Source of the DNA: Eledone cirrhosa
Taxonomy: Eukaryota
NCBI GenBank assembly: GCA_964016885.1
Contig: OZ024740.1
Coordinates: 226,548,001 to 226,612,000, forward strand
Reading direction: 5' to 3'
Length of the DNA: 64,000 nt
The position numbers and the translations under genes are program-made. Below are positions 1 through 14,191 of this stretch, one piece after another; position 1 is the first letter of the stretch; each line of letters opens with the position of its first letter. The notes under the pieces were generated by a model. It saw nothing but the letters and a program-made list of their open reading frames with translations. It had not been told where the DNA came from and did no database searches.

Positions 1-261
1 GCTTGGAATTAACAGAATGCTCATCAAAATATATATAAGGAAAATTTAATCTTACCAAACACTGTTGGAAAATCTTCGAAGTAAACAATATTAATAATGA
101 ATATTATATTTATAAATGAGGTGGTGGTGCTGATGACATGAAAAAAGCACCCAGTTCTCCTTGTAAGGTGGTCATGCTGGTGACAGGATGAAAACTACCC
201 TGTTCAACCTGTCAGTTGGTCATTTTGCTGCCACCATAAAAAGCACTCAGACCCAAGAGGG

Positions 262-297
262 TCTTAACATTTCTGATGCTAGTCCTTCATCAGAAGA
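262..297 (-). ncRNA. Degenerate minimal (PLE-type) hammerhead ribozyme motif
   Basis: The minus strand reads UCUU-CUGAUGA-AGGACUAGCAUCA-GAAA-UG-UU-AAGA, with stem I UCUU/AAGA. Related, more degenerate copies lie at ~11197-11230, ~17490-17525 and ~48150-48185. Confidence 0.45.
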
Positions 298-1504
298 AAG
301 AATGAGAAATTAAAAAGATTGAAGGGACAGGCAAGGTGGAATTGGAGAAAATGTTTTTAGAGAAAAATAATAGGTCCATTCATGTTGCCATCTCTTGAAA
401 AACTGTTGATGCTGGCGTTTTGTGTGATATATTTTTTTAGAAAAGTGGATGATGAAGTGTGTCTACCTGAAATAGAAAAACAAACGTATTGTATAAAGAC
501 CTATACTTGTGCATGTCTGTATGCATGTGTGTGTGTGTCATAATCATTGTGATTTTAATGTCCCTTTATATATATATACCTCTCTAGTTTTGGTGATCTA
601 CACAAGAAATGCACCCAATACACACTGTAAAGTGATTGGTGATAAGAAGAGTATCTCACCATAGATATTGCATATTGCAAACAAAAGACCAGCATTATTC
701 TGAAATGCAGTTAGAGGAAGCTGTCCTTAAAATGATCCATCTAAGTATGGCTTCAGTGGTATAATGGCCATTGAGTTGCATCCTAGGAAAACATTTAATA
801 AAATCAGTGCATATGTTTTTTTTGTTTCTAATGGAAGGTACAGATCCGGAGATCTATCTGCTAACAACATCTACTCCAAGACGAGCTTTATGTTTGGTTC
901 CAGATGATGGTCAGGAATGCACTTATTGTATCATATATACAAGGATTCTGGAATGATGATGCCAGTGAACAAGTGTAACATTTGTTTATACATGTCTTTC
1001 TACAGCTCATCTCTTTGACTGAGCTCCAGTCCTGGTTCAAATGCAGTCCTAGGTTAGGCTTTAGAAATGTTGTCAGGCCCTCACTATATTCTACCAACTG
1101 AGCAATGCAATCAATTGATCATCAAAACTTTCATTTTATGGAGAGTGAATGGAGTGTGTGCATGACAATGGACTAAGACTATTCTGGAAATCAAAGAAGT
1201 AGGTGTGAATAATCTCTTCTGGAAGACTATTAGTTTTGGGATAATGGACAATTTATTAAAAGCTTTGGGTTGCAAATGCAATAATAGGGCAATACTTGTT
1301 AGGGTTAATCTTCAAAGAGGCAAAAGTGGCAACAATTGAATATGTCTGAGATGTTTGCAGGGTTGTACAACTATCCTGCATGCACATGATCACTGTTCAT
1401 ACAGTGGTGACCTGTGTCAAACAACAGGTGTCAGATGCAGGAAAGATCCAGCTACCAGCTGAATCTAATATGAATATTGACCAATGGTTTTCCTTTGGCA
1501 AGAA

Positions 1505-1706
1505 CAGTTAGTCTTGAAAAGTTTTTAATCTAACCAAGATACTCTCATGGAATTACCAAATGTGGTTTATTTTTCAACCTAGTCCCTGGAAAGAAACAAT
1601 GCAGTTATTAATAAGAAGAAGAGTTGAAATTAATGCATGCAAGATTTCACAGCTCTAGCATCACTCCTTCATAGTCAACCTATGAACTTTTCAGTCCACC
1701 TTCGTA
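1505..1706. mobile_element. Mariner-type non-autonomous DNA transposon relic (MITE)
   Basis: The right end reverse-complements to TACGAAGGTGGACTGAAAAGTTCATAGG, a mariner-like TIR with TA. The body matches a second copy at 41828-41975. Confidence 0.5.
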
Positions 1707-2344
1707 GATAGGAGCTATGATGAAGGAAGTTGTATGAAGAATGCTGCTAAAAAGTTTGAGGATAGGGCTTATCGTCTTTGGCAAAGCTCTCATGATTATC
1801 TTCAAGTACCAATTGAAGAGAATGGTGAAGGAAAATAACATTTTATGAAAAATTAGAGACAATAGTAAGATTGATATGGCTAAATAGATCTATTTCAATG
1901 ATGCAACTATAAGCAGGTAGCACAAAGTTCAGAGATGACTTTGGGCTTTGATTCATTAGAGTAATCTGGGGCTTTATGTGAAGTATCTCAATTTACACTA
2001 AAGGTAGGTGGGTCCTTTCATTTGTTATATGTTTATTTAACTTGAATATTTCTATTTTTCTTCAAAACAATTTTTGTTTCAATTAAAGCTTTATTAATAT
2101 TAAGGGGGGTTATCAATAATATATGGAAACCATGCTAAAATCAGTTCCGTATGAGCAAGACATGGCAATCTAATTTAGCTTGTCTCACATCAGGACAACT
2201 CGTCTAACCCATGTTAGCATTGAAAGATGAAGATGATATAGGCATGGGTTCCATGATTGGTAAATGATATAATGATTCTACAAAGAAAAACCAAAACAAT
2301 TGAGGAACAATTGTCCTAAATCTACACAATTCCTCCTCCAGCTC

Positions 2345-2540
2345 ATCATTATGTCCATTTTCCATACTTGCATGGGTTGGATGGAATCTTCTCAGCACAA
2401 CATCTCTCCAACTATTGCATTCCTTCATCATCTCCTCCGTGACTCAGTGATTTGAGGTCAGCTCTTACCACCTCTACCCAGGTCTTTCTTATCTACCCCT
2501 ACTGAGGCTTCATTCCACTGGGATTTCCTGGCACTTCTTT
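2345..2540 (-). mobile_element. RTE-type LINE 3' end fragment ((ATG)n-tailed family)
   Basis: Similar to the cleaner tail copy at 48841-49059 (CATCCAACCCATGCAAGTATGGAAAATGGAC on the minus strand). Confidence 0.5.
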
Positions 2541-3594
2541 ATTATTCTGTATTTCAATAAGTTCAGAAACAATTCAATTCCCATAATAATAAAAGCCAGC
2601 ATCATAGAAAGCAATTCAATACATAGTCACTGCATGCCAAACAATTGCATGCTGAGAATTTTCATATTTCAAACTTTAGCATATTGTTGTGAGAACTATA
2701 AGTTACTTAGATCTTAAAAGATTTGCTATATACACACTCACATGTATAAAGATGTGTGTTTATATACGTATGTGTGTGTGATTTGTTTGTGTGTCTGTGT
2801 ACGTGTGTAATTTGTTTGAGTGTGTATATGTGTGGAGTGTATATATGAGATTTGTTTGTGGGTTTGAGTGTATGGGTATATATATATGTATATGTGTGTG
2901 TATTGTTTTCATGTATGAATATGAGTGTAATTATTTACAGTACTAATAGAATTTACCAAATATCACAGTCAACCCCACTCCAACAACTTATAATAGTAAA
3001 GTCACCAGCACCTTTACTGTATATAAATACACACATGCACACACATACACACTCAGATATGTATATATATATATATATATATTCACACACACATACACAC
3101 ACAAATCAGCTAGCTTGTTGATGAATATACATACACACACTCAGACACATACATACACACATACATATATATATATGTATATTCAGAGAGAGAGGTAGAC
3201 ATGCACATCAGAAAAAAAAAATAAATCTTGAAATTTCAACATGCAGTCGTGAGAATGCTAAATAAATACATTACTGAGCAGATGAGATAAATAAATAAAT
3301 ATGCATGCACACACACACACATACATACATACATACATATCTATATATATATATATATGTTTTTTTTTTTATATATATTTTTATGTGTATTTGGTGTATA
3401 CGTTCGTATGTGTGCAGGTACAGGCGTTACGTGGGTTCTGTATGTGCGTGTGTGTTTTTTTTGTGTATGTGCTTGTATTTGCATACCCATGGCGGGTGTT
3501 TTCGCGTATGAATGTGTATGTACGTATATGGATGCGTGCATGCATATATTTAATATTTTTTTATTTCAATTACCTCTGTAATTTATTTACATTA

Positions 3595-3925
3595 TTCTTA
3601 ACTCTGAAGCCGAGGGCCTACATAGGGTTAACCGCCAATAGATTCAGGCAGCTTCTTTACATGCATACCCATTTTTTTCTTAACCCTTTAAGAAGGAATA
3701 TGACGTCACTTTCAGCTTATATCTGGAGTCTAAAAGACAACCACACCCAACATAAGTTACACTGGGAGAACTTAGCCAGGGCTAGATCGTATAACAGAAA
3801 TAAAAAAAACAATGTGACCTCTGCACCGCTGAAGCCCTGGAAATACTCTACACCAAAGACCACATCTTAAACAAAAAATCTGAGACAATTTTGGCTTGTA
3901 AACATAAATTGCACAAAACTTTCCT
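3595..3925 (+). mobile_element. Penelope-like element fragment, GIY-YIG endonuclease region (frameshifted)
   Basis: Translates as AYIGLTANRFRQ..HTHFFLNPLRRNMTSLSAYIWSLKD..LHWE.LARARSY, then after a frameshift QCDLCTAEALEILY..LNKKSE..ACKHK. This is the typical PLE YIG..S.YIW.LK..W..C.LC..E..LN..SE..C.H pattern. Homologous to 23990-24310. Confidence 0.8.
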
Positions 3926-4135
3926 GTATTACAGCCCCACATTATACCCTAACAGATAGTACAAACTATACACGGATATGTTACGTCTTGATGTGGTAGT
4001 TAAGTATATGTTATGTTTATAACATTACTTATTTGTATAGGTAAGTATATACCTGTATGTTTTGTGAAGGTACGTATACTTTCTCGTACGTATATTTGCT
4101 TGTATATGTTATAGGCATATATATTATATTATATA

Positions 4136-4210
<75 letters not shown>

Positions 4211-4290
4211 AATTATATAATTCAAAGATCCATTGAGCTTTTTTATCGAGAAAGATAATCATCATACATTTTATATGTGTTATGACATAG

Positions 4291-4324
<34 letters not shown>

Positions 4325-4407
4325 TATATTAACAATTTGACATATTACCACACAGTTACACAATTCTGTGTCAGTAAATAGAAACAGGTCTTTCAGACAC
4401 ACACACA

Positions 4408-4509
<102 letters not shown>

Positions 4510-4553
4510 GAGAGATAGACATACAAATATACATACATATATGTACGCATTTG

Positions 4554-4591
<38 letters not shown>

Positions 4592-4739
4592 TAGATACGT
4601 GCACATACACACATGTATAGGTATATCAGCAACAAATCTAGAACTAAAAGTTAACATTATGTGTGGATGTCTTTGAATAACTGTTGGTTGTCTTGAAAAT
4701 GTAAAACTTATTTCCATTATATATTATTAACACTATAAG

Positions 4740-5545
4740 TAGCTCTCCCTCTCTCTCTCTCTCTCTCCCTCCCTCCATTTATCTATCTCTCTTCCTCTCT
4801 CTCTCTCACTTTCTATTTCTCTTCATTTCTCTCCTCTACTTCTTTCTTTCCCTCTCTCTCCCTTTCTCTGTATTTCTCTCCCTATCTGTTTCCTTCTCAT
4901 TCTTTCTCTGAATTTCTCTCTATCTCCCTCTCTCTTTCTCTTTTGCCATTTTCTCTATATTCACCCTCATACTTTCACCTCTCTCTCTCTCTCTTTCTAT
5001 CACAAATTCTATGTATTGCTCTCTCTCCCCTCCCTCTATTTCTCTCTTTTGTATTCTGCATCTTTCTCCCTCAAACTTTCACTCCTCTCTCTCCCTCTCA
5101 ATTTCTTTGTAGTTCTCTCCCTACCTCCCACTTTCGCTTTCACTCTTTCTATCACCATTTCTTTTTTTTGCTATCTCTATCTTTCCCTCACTCCCTGTTT
5201 CTCACTCCCTCTCTCTCCATTCCCCCCTCTTTCCACACTATATATCTCTCTGTTCCCCTCTCTCTCTATTTTTCTCTATTTTTCTTTATATTTCCTCCCC
5301 ACTCTTTCTCTCTTACACCTATCTCTCCATTTCCTTAGGTATTCTCTCTTTCACTTTCTTTATCTCCGCGCCTCACTTTTGCATCTCACACTTTCTCTCT
5401 GACTCTTTCCTTCTCACTCACACACACACTCTCTCTCACTCTCCATTTTCTCTCTATTTCCTCACTATTCCATCTCTCTTTCGCTTCCTCTATCTCTCCC
5501 CCTCACTCCCCCCTCACTCCCCTCTCCACTTAGTATCTCTCTGTA

Positions 5546-5576
<31 letters not shown>

Positions 5577-5580
5577 CCCC
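4740..5580. repeat. Degenerate (CT)n polypyrimidine tract
   Basis: About 840 bp almost entirely C/T on the plus strand. Confidence 0.9.
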
Positions 5581-6109
5581 CCTTTCATTCATAGTTTACA
5601 CTCTTCCTACAAGCTGCAGTAATCTTTCAATTCAATTCAACTGCGAACACACAGACACAGATTCACAGAGAGACACATAAAATAGTAAAACCGAAACAGA
5701 CACTCATGAGTTGATCTGCTATCGATAGGAAGCAGCAGTGAATGCTGTAGACAGTGTTCAAGTGTTTTGAAAAGGTTCAACATGTAATTCTGCACGAGAC
5801 AGTACCAACAGCAGATGACAGCAGACAAAGGCATCATACCTCTGGTTGACACACTACCTACTTAGAAAGACAAGGAACAAACCTTTTATTTCCCTACCAT
5901 GAAATGGCATGATGAGGAAGACAAAAAGAAAATGAGTCATATGCACAGGGACTTGTTTAAACAGGGGTAAAGCAATACTTTTTTTTTTCCCCAATACTTT
6001 TTTTATACTTCTTATATTTATTTTCTTGTGTAAGGGAATTTTGTTTGTTTGTGAGTATGAATATATGCCTAAGTACATCCTTGCACTTGTAGTTATGAAG
6101 GAATTTATA

Positions 6110-7713
<1,604 letters not shown>

Positions 7714-7875
7714 GACCTCATCATCATCATCATCGTTTAACGTCCATGTTCGACGCTTGCATGGGTTTGGACGGGAGTTTCCCCACTTGAGGCAAGAGTG
7801 GTTGTCTTGCTCGCATAGGACTGTCTGGCGGGTTTTCTACAGCTGGATGCCCTTCCTAACACCAACCACATTTAC

Positions 7876-7910
<35 letters not shown>

Positions 7911-8170
7911 GAGAGATTGCTAGATGCGTAGATATAGATATATCTGTGTGTCTATGTGCTTGCTGTGGCTGTCTATACGCATATATGCTAGCATGGATGC
8001 TGGCACAGTCTGCATAGTGAGAAAGTTTAGTTTACAATTTAGTGGTCAGGTGTTCAATCTCCCTGCATGATATCTGGGGCAGCCATCTCTTGCTATAGCT
8101 TGAGTGCTAACCCTATCTTGCTATTAAAATTTGATGGGCTTTCTATACATACCTATATATATACACATGT

Positions 8171-8241
<71 letters not shown>

Positions 8242-8247
8242 TATTTA

Positions 8248-8301
<54 letters not shown>

Positions 8302-8411
8302 TATCTAATATATCTGTATGTAGTTGGCAGGTGTGGGAAAAGTGTACTCAATACTGAAGCAGAGTTTAAATATTTTGTTAAGGCTAACTAGTGAGTCTCT
8401 CTCTCTCGCAC

Positions 8412-8475
<64 letters not shown>

Positions 8476-8689
8476 CCTCTCTCTGTCTCTCTCTCTCTCT
8501 CTAGCTCTCTCTCTTGCTCGCTCTTTTTCTCTCTTTCTCTCTCTCCATCATCATCATCGTCATCATCGTCACCGTTTTACGTCCATTCTTCCACGCTAGC
8601 ATGGGTTAGACGGGTTGTCCTGTTCTGGGCAGTAGCCGGTCGGCTGACCATGCCTTGCTCATAGGATATATATATGTATAATAAAATAT

Positions 8690-8748
8690 AAATATGTATA
8701 ATAAAATATAATTGATCACAAGAATATCTATTTTCTTAATATTTTTAA

Positions 8749-8792
<44 letters not shown>

Positions 8793-8851
8793 TTAAAAAT
8801 ATTAACAAAATAGATATTCTTGTGATCAATTATAATTTATTATACATATTT
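8690..8851. repeat. Inverted repeat centred on a (TA)n tract (two opposed PLE-terminus copies)
   Basis: aaatatgtataataaaatataattgatcacaagaatatctatttt..ttaattaa, then (TA)n, then its reverse complement. Confidence 0.8.
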
Positions 8852-8899
8852 CAGAGGTACTGAGTTAAGTTCAACAGTACGTCCTCATCAGATAAAATA
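8836..8899 (-). ncRNA. Type I hammerhead ribozyme motif (PLE pseudo-LTR type)
   Basis: Minus strand: UAUUUUAU-CUGAUGA-GGAC-GUACUG..CAGUAC-CUCU-GAAA-UAUGUA-UA^AUAAA. It has both core boxes, stem I, an extended stem II, a near-palindromic minimal stem III and an AUA cleavage triplet. Confidence 0.7.
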
Positions 8900-8996
8900 A
8901 AATGCTACATGACATATCCTGACATAACTCATTCTTTGAAAACCTCATTCTGTAAAACTCATTCTTTGATGTATTCATTGAACCTTGTTTAACTTT

Positions 8997-9042
<46 letters not shown>

Positions 9043-9133
9043 ATGTATATATAGGCTAAATCAGAAAATTCATTAGAATGCTGGATAGAATGCACTGCTG
9101 TATTCATTCTGGCTCTTTGCATTTTGAGTTCAA

Positions 9134-9895
9134 AACGACTTTTTTTAGCCGTTGCTCGCACCAACCTGAGGTATATGGCCTTTAATGCGACGAAATGCCT
9201 ACGACGGTTGGAAGGCCACTGATGAGGACAAACTTTTTCATATGTAACCCATTTGCAGCGCCGCAGCTCCATTATTATCATATTTACACATATATTTTTT
9301 CCTCCGCTGCCACCAGTCTGTTTCTTTCTTTGTGTCTTTACCCTTTCTAGCAGTCTCTCTCTCTCTGTTAGCCCCTTCCTCACCTTTCACTCACTCACTC
9401 TCTGTCACTACCTCTCCCCCTCCCCTTTCTTCCCGTTTGACCTGTCCGTAATCCTTTTCTCGCGGGCACTTGGCCAAGCCGGTATGAATTTTTTTTCTCT
9501 CTCTCTCGTCTGCGACTTCACAGAACTTATGTTTACCGAATTCGCAGACCAGACCCCTTCTTCCTCCCGTTAGACCTGTGCGAAATTCCTTCCTTGCTCA
9601 CATTTCAACCAGGTTTGATGGTCTTTATTCTCTCGTTCACGATTCCACCGAATTTATATTCATAGAAATCTGGGACTTGTTTCCTTCTTCATCACTTTCT
9701 GTTGCTTAAACCATTTTGTTTGTTTACCCTAGCGTCCCCCTTATTTACGTGTCCCAACGACTTTTTTTAGCCGTTGCTCGCACCAACCTGAGGTATATGG
9801 CCTTTAATGCAACGAAATGCCTACGACGGTTGGAAGGCCGCTGATGAGGACAAACTTTTTCATATGTAACCCATTTGCATTGCCGCAGCTCCATT
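9134..9895. mobile_element. Non-coding element bounded by 140-bp direct repeats (TRIM/retrozyme/PLE-like)
   Basis: 9134-9273 and 9756-9895 differ at 4 positions. The internal region has no ORF and contains two diverged ~115-bp subrepeats. Confidence 0.75.
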
Positions 9896-9936
9896 GGCCT
9901 CAGCCGGATGGCTGAAACAGGTAAAAGAGTAAAAGA

Positions 9937-9976
<40 letters not shown>

Positions 9977-9980
<4 letters not shown>

Positions 9981-10167
9981 TTAATATAGATGAGATTCTA
10001 CAGGACTAGAACTGTTTCATTCTTTAGAAATCATCATTCCTGATAATTTCTAAAGAATGAAACAGTTCTAGTCCTGTAGAATCTCATCTATATTAAAACT
10101 TTTATACTCTGCAATGTATTGAGTACCTTACTTACTGTGGTTACCTCCGATTCAACCCGGAATAACG
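9977..10167 (+). mobile_element. Palindromic hammerhead-bearing element, family 1
   Basis: 60-bp arms 9977-10036 and 10041-10100 (1 mismatch) plus a one-sided tail to 10167. Flanked by (TA)n. Same family as 46527-46713. Confidence 0.85.
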
Positions 10168-10196
10168 TATATATATATATATATATATATATATCT

Positions 10197-10536
10197 CATC
10201 ATCATCATCATCATTTTACGTCCGCTTTTCCCTGCTAGCAAGGGTGGGATGGGAACTGATTCTGGCTTAATTTCTACAGCTGGATGCCCTTCCTAACACC
10301 AACCTCATTTACAGTGAGTGCTGGGTGCTTTTTTGCCGTGGCACCTCCACGACCACTTCACAGTGGAATGATAGGGACCCCAGTCCCTATCATCTCATTT
10401 CTACAGCTGAGTAAACTGGAGTAATGTGAAATAAAATGTCTTGCTCAAGGAAACAACACATCACCCGGTCTGAGAATTGAACTCACAACCTTTCGATTGC
10501 AAGGCCAATGCACTAACCACTAAGCCATGTGCCTCC
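10197..10536 (-). mobile_element. tRNA-derived SINE family A (RTE-type (ATG)n tail)
   Basis: Minus strand has an A box TGGCTTAGTGG, a B box GTTCAATTC, a CORE-like CCTTGAGCAAGACA..TATTTCAC body and a 3' tail AAAGCGGACGTAAAATGATGATG. Confidence 0.85.
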
Positions 10537-11328
10537 ACATATATATATATATAGGCAAATGGCTTAGTGGTTAGTGCATTGAGCTTGCAATTGGTATGTT
10601 GTGAGCTTGATTCTCAACTGGGTGATGTGTTGTGCTCTTAGCAAGACATCACTGGTGCTAATCTGTATTGGCCATTGCCTTCCCCTTGGACAACATCGGT
10701 GGTGATATTAACCTCCATGATGGGCTGAGAGTCCACAGCATGTTTACTTATGTTCCCATATTTTATAGAGTGCATTTAGTGTATTTCAACAATGTCCTAG
10801 CACTCAGGAGAAGAATCCTTCTGATCCTTAGTTTGGCAGGTTTTCTGTGGCTGGATGCTCTTCCTATCACAAATCACTTTACAGAGTGTACTGGATGCAT
10901 TTTATCATGAGTCCAGCGAGAGGTTGTTATGTCCTAAATACAACTGAAATGTGGTCTTAACCCTTTGTTTGCCAAATTTTCTTATAGTTAGATGACCTCT
11001 TATCTCCAACTACTTTACTGTAAATATATATATATGTGTGTGTGTGTTTGTGTGTGTTTATGTGTTTATTTGTGTGTGTGTATGTGTGTGCATGTGTGTG
11101 TGTGTGTGCTTCAGGGAGATAGGCCAGGCTACTCACCTACAACCTCCAAAACTTTTTTCAAAACTTCAATGTTCCAACCTGCTCTCTCTCTCTCTCTCTA
11201 CTGAAGAAGGACTAAGATCCAAAACTCTGAACCATCCTCTGCTTCCTCCTAAGTGTGATACTAAGAAGACTTTATATTTTTGCATCCCTGTGTTAGTGTT
11301 GTCATTTCTTCATTTCTTTAACTATATC

Positions 11329-11374
<46 letters not shown>

Positions 11375-12849
11375 ACCTGGGACGACCTGATAAACTCCGA
11401 CCTCACACACTTACACCTCTCCAAGACAATGTCACTGGACCGAGATCTTTGGTGACACTCAGTAATAGAGAAGACCCGCCTTACCTAAATACAAAGTAAA
11501 ACCTACTACAGTCAGTAGGCATCTCTAACAAAATACACCCCCGTCCCACCACCCCCACCACATCCACACCGCCCCTTTCAATGTAAAGTTATGTTGGTGC
11601 CACAACATCCAGGCCGAAACAAATGAGATTGTGTAGGTGTCACGACAAAAAAAACACACAGTCCACGCTGTAATGTGGCAGTGTAGGCAACACGGTAAAA
11701 ACCTCCCAGTCCCACACTGTAATTGTGGTTGGTGTTAGGAAGGGCATCGAGCTGAAGAAAACCCGCCAGACAGTCCTATGCGAGCAAGACAACCACTCTT
11801 GCCTCAAGTGGGAAAACTCCCGTCCAAACCCATGCAAGCGTGGAACATGGACGTTAAACGATGATGATGATGATGATGATGATATATATATATATATATA
11901 TATATACATACGTACATACATACAAGCAAATATTATATATGTTATATATATATATATACATACATATTTATGTGTATGAATACATTTTTACATGTATGCA
12001 TATATATGTATATATATATACCATATATCATTCTTCACTCATACACCTGAAATGGTCTGTTTCTGTCTAACAAAACCACTGATAATGCATGAATTACTCA
12101 AACTGTTAATACATATGTATATATGTATGTATGTGTATGTATATATGTGTATGTATGTATATGTGTGTGTATATTTATATTGTGCTGTTTAGGGATCTAC
12201 ACCCCTAATATTGTCATCATCTTCCATATAGCTTTCCATCATCATCATCCTCATCATCATTCTTTTTAACGTCCATTTTTCGACTCTTTCATGGGTTGAG
12301 CGGGTCCTTCTCAACACATCATCTCTGTACTTGCTGTGTTTCTTTATCATCTCCTCTGTGAATCTCAGTGCTTTGCGGTCAGCTCTCATTGCATATGCCC
12401 TGGTCTTACATCATATCTTTTACAAAGCCTGCTCTAATGTCATAATTTTATCTATAGAAATGGCACTGACTGTGCCTCTGCTAGATCTAATACCAAAATG
12501 ATACCCTTTTATCACTTCTTCAACTTTACTTTTCCTTCTTGTGTTGAGGATTTTCTCATTATTGATAAGATAGAAATCACCTGTTCATTATCTGATTTTG
12601 CCTGTTGCTCTGTTTCTATATATTTGTTACCAGATTACCTGCCTAATCTGTTAAGATATTTTATGGTTTGGAATATGTGTAATCTAACTTATTATGAGAG
12701 AACTAAGAGAATTTGAAATACGAAAATGTGAGTGCCAAAATTCAGAAAATGACTGTAATAAGTGTTGATCTCTAAAAATAATAGTGGAGTTAATTAGTAT
12801 AAAATATCCTTCCACAATGCGAAATCCTGAACCTTCTCATGCCTGTTGG

Positions 12850-13095
12850 AGTAACCCCTCCCTGGTTGACTGCCACTGCTTCCTATCTCTGGCTGAATTG
12901 GGCCATGTGGGGCTGAGGTATCGGGTCAGACCACCATGCCATCTAGATTTCGGCTGTCCTCTGGTTCTTCTCCACTGCATTTGTGTCTACTCTGAAATGA
13001 GAAATGTGGCCAGCCCATCTATGTTTGCCTTTCTTGATGGTCTCAATTATGTCCTTCATGCCTGTCTGCTATCGAATCCAGTTGTTCTCATTCTT
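12850..13095 (-). mobile_element. RTE-clade LINE C-terminal fragment
   Basis: Minus-strand translation NNWIR*QTGMKDIIETIKKGKHRWAGHIS..RTRGQPKSRW..TWPNSARDRKQW. Confidence 0.65.
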
Positions 13096-13179
13096 AGAGA
13101 TGAGAAAAAGTGAACAGAAGTGTGTGCATGTAATTGAACGTTACATCTTTTTAATAGTGCATTATGTGTTATATATTAA

Positions 13180-13362
13180 GGCGGTGAATTGGCAGTATCG
13201 GTAGAGGGTCGGACGCCATGCTTTCCAGCATAGTTACGTCCCTTTACGATCTGAGTTCAAATCCCGCCGAGGTTGACTTTGCCTTTCATCCTTACGGGGC
13301 CGATAAAATAAAGTACCAGTAATGCACTGGGTAATTGCTGGCCTTGTGCCTAAAGTAGAAAC
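13180..13362 (+). mobile_element. tRNA-derived SINE family B ((ATT)n tail)
   Basis: Head GGCGGTGAATTGGCAGTATCGGTAG, B box GAGTTCAAATCC, body CTTTCATCCTTACGGGG.CGATAAAATAAAGTACCAG, end GGCCTTGTGCC.AAAGTAGAAA. More than 15 copies in the window. Confidence 0.85.
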
Positions 13363-13961
13363 AGTTGTATATTAATGGGGAAAAAAAGAACAAGAGGACC
13401 CATCAGTCATGTATGGAAACTTCTCAAGTGTTGGAGATTCTAGATGATAAACACACCCAGTACATGCTGTAAAGTGGTTGGTGATAGGAAGGACATCCAG
13501 CTATAGAAAGCCAGCCAAACAGTATCAGGAGGACCCTTCAGTCATGTCAAGGAAATGACAGCCTTCCTAGTGTCGGAGATTTACACAATAAACGCATCCA
13601 TCACTTGCTGTAAAGTTGTTGGTGATAGGAAGGGCATCCAGCCACTAAAACCTTGCTAAAAAATAGGCTGAAAGGACACTTCAGTTGTGTCAAAGACATG
13701 ACAACCTCTCTTGAGCACTTGGTAGAATGTGAGACTGTACATAAATGAGATAATAGACCCCTAGCCTGTCTGAAGGGTCCATATCCCCACTTCAGTACTG
13801 ACTTGGTCTATGTAGACCCATCCAATCCTTGCTAGCAGGGAAAGCTGACAATAAATGAAGATGATGTGCTCTCCTCCTGGTACTGAAAATTAATGACATG
13901 ATGAATCAATTTATCCCCTAACATCTAAATATTGAATGGTTCAAAAATAAATACCAACATA

Positions 13962-14118
13962 TGGAAACCGCGGAGTGGGGAGATCCAAGATGACCTGGGA
14001 TGAGGTGATAAAAGCCGACCTTACCCAATTACACCTCCCAAAGGCAATGACACACGACCGTGACTTCTGGCGTCACACAGTAATACAGAGTACCCGACCT
14101 CCCATGGGTACAAGCTGA
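13962..14118 (+). mobile_element. RTE-type LINE 3' ORF fragment
   Basis: GNRGVGRSKMTWDEVIKADLTQLHLPKAMTHDRDFWRHTV matches the RTE C-terminal GR...W...D......DR..WR pattern. Confidence 0.65.
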
Positions 14119-14191
14119 AGCATATAGACAATATGCCCCCACACCCCCCACCGCAAGGTGGTCATGGAGGTGCCACGGCAAAAAAAAAACT

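Noticed and set aside
1700-1840. Possible host exon (SYDEGSCMKNAAKKFEDRAYRLWQ...)
   Set aside because: A short open frame with no recognisable homology and weak splice signals.
5600-5880. Possible host exon or UTR in unique sequence (similarly 33060-33400 and 43500-43720)
   Set aside because: No recognisable protein motif or convincing acceptor/donor pair. Transcript data would be needed.
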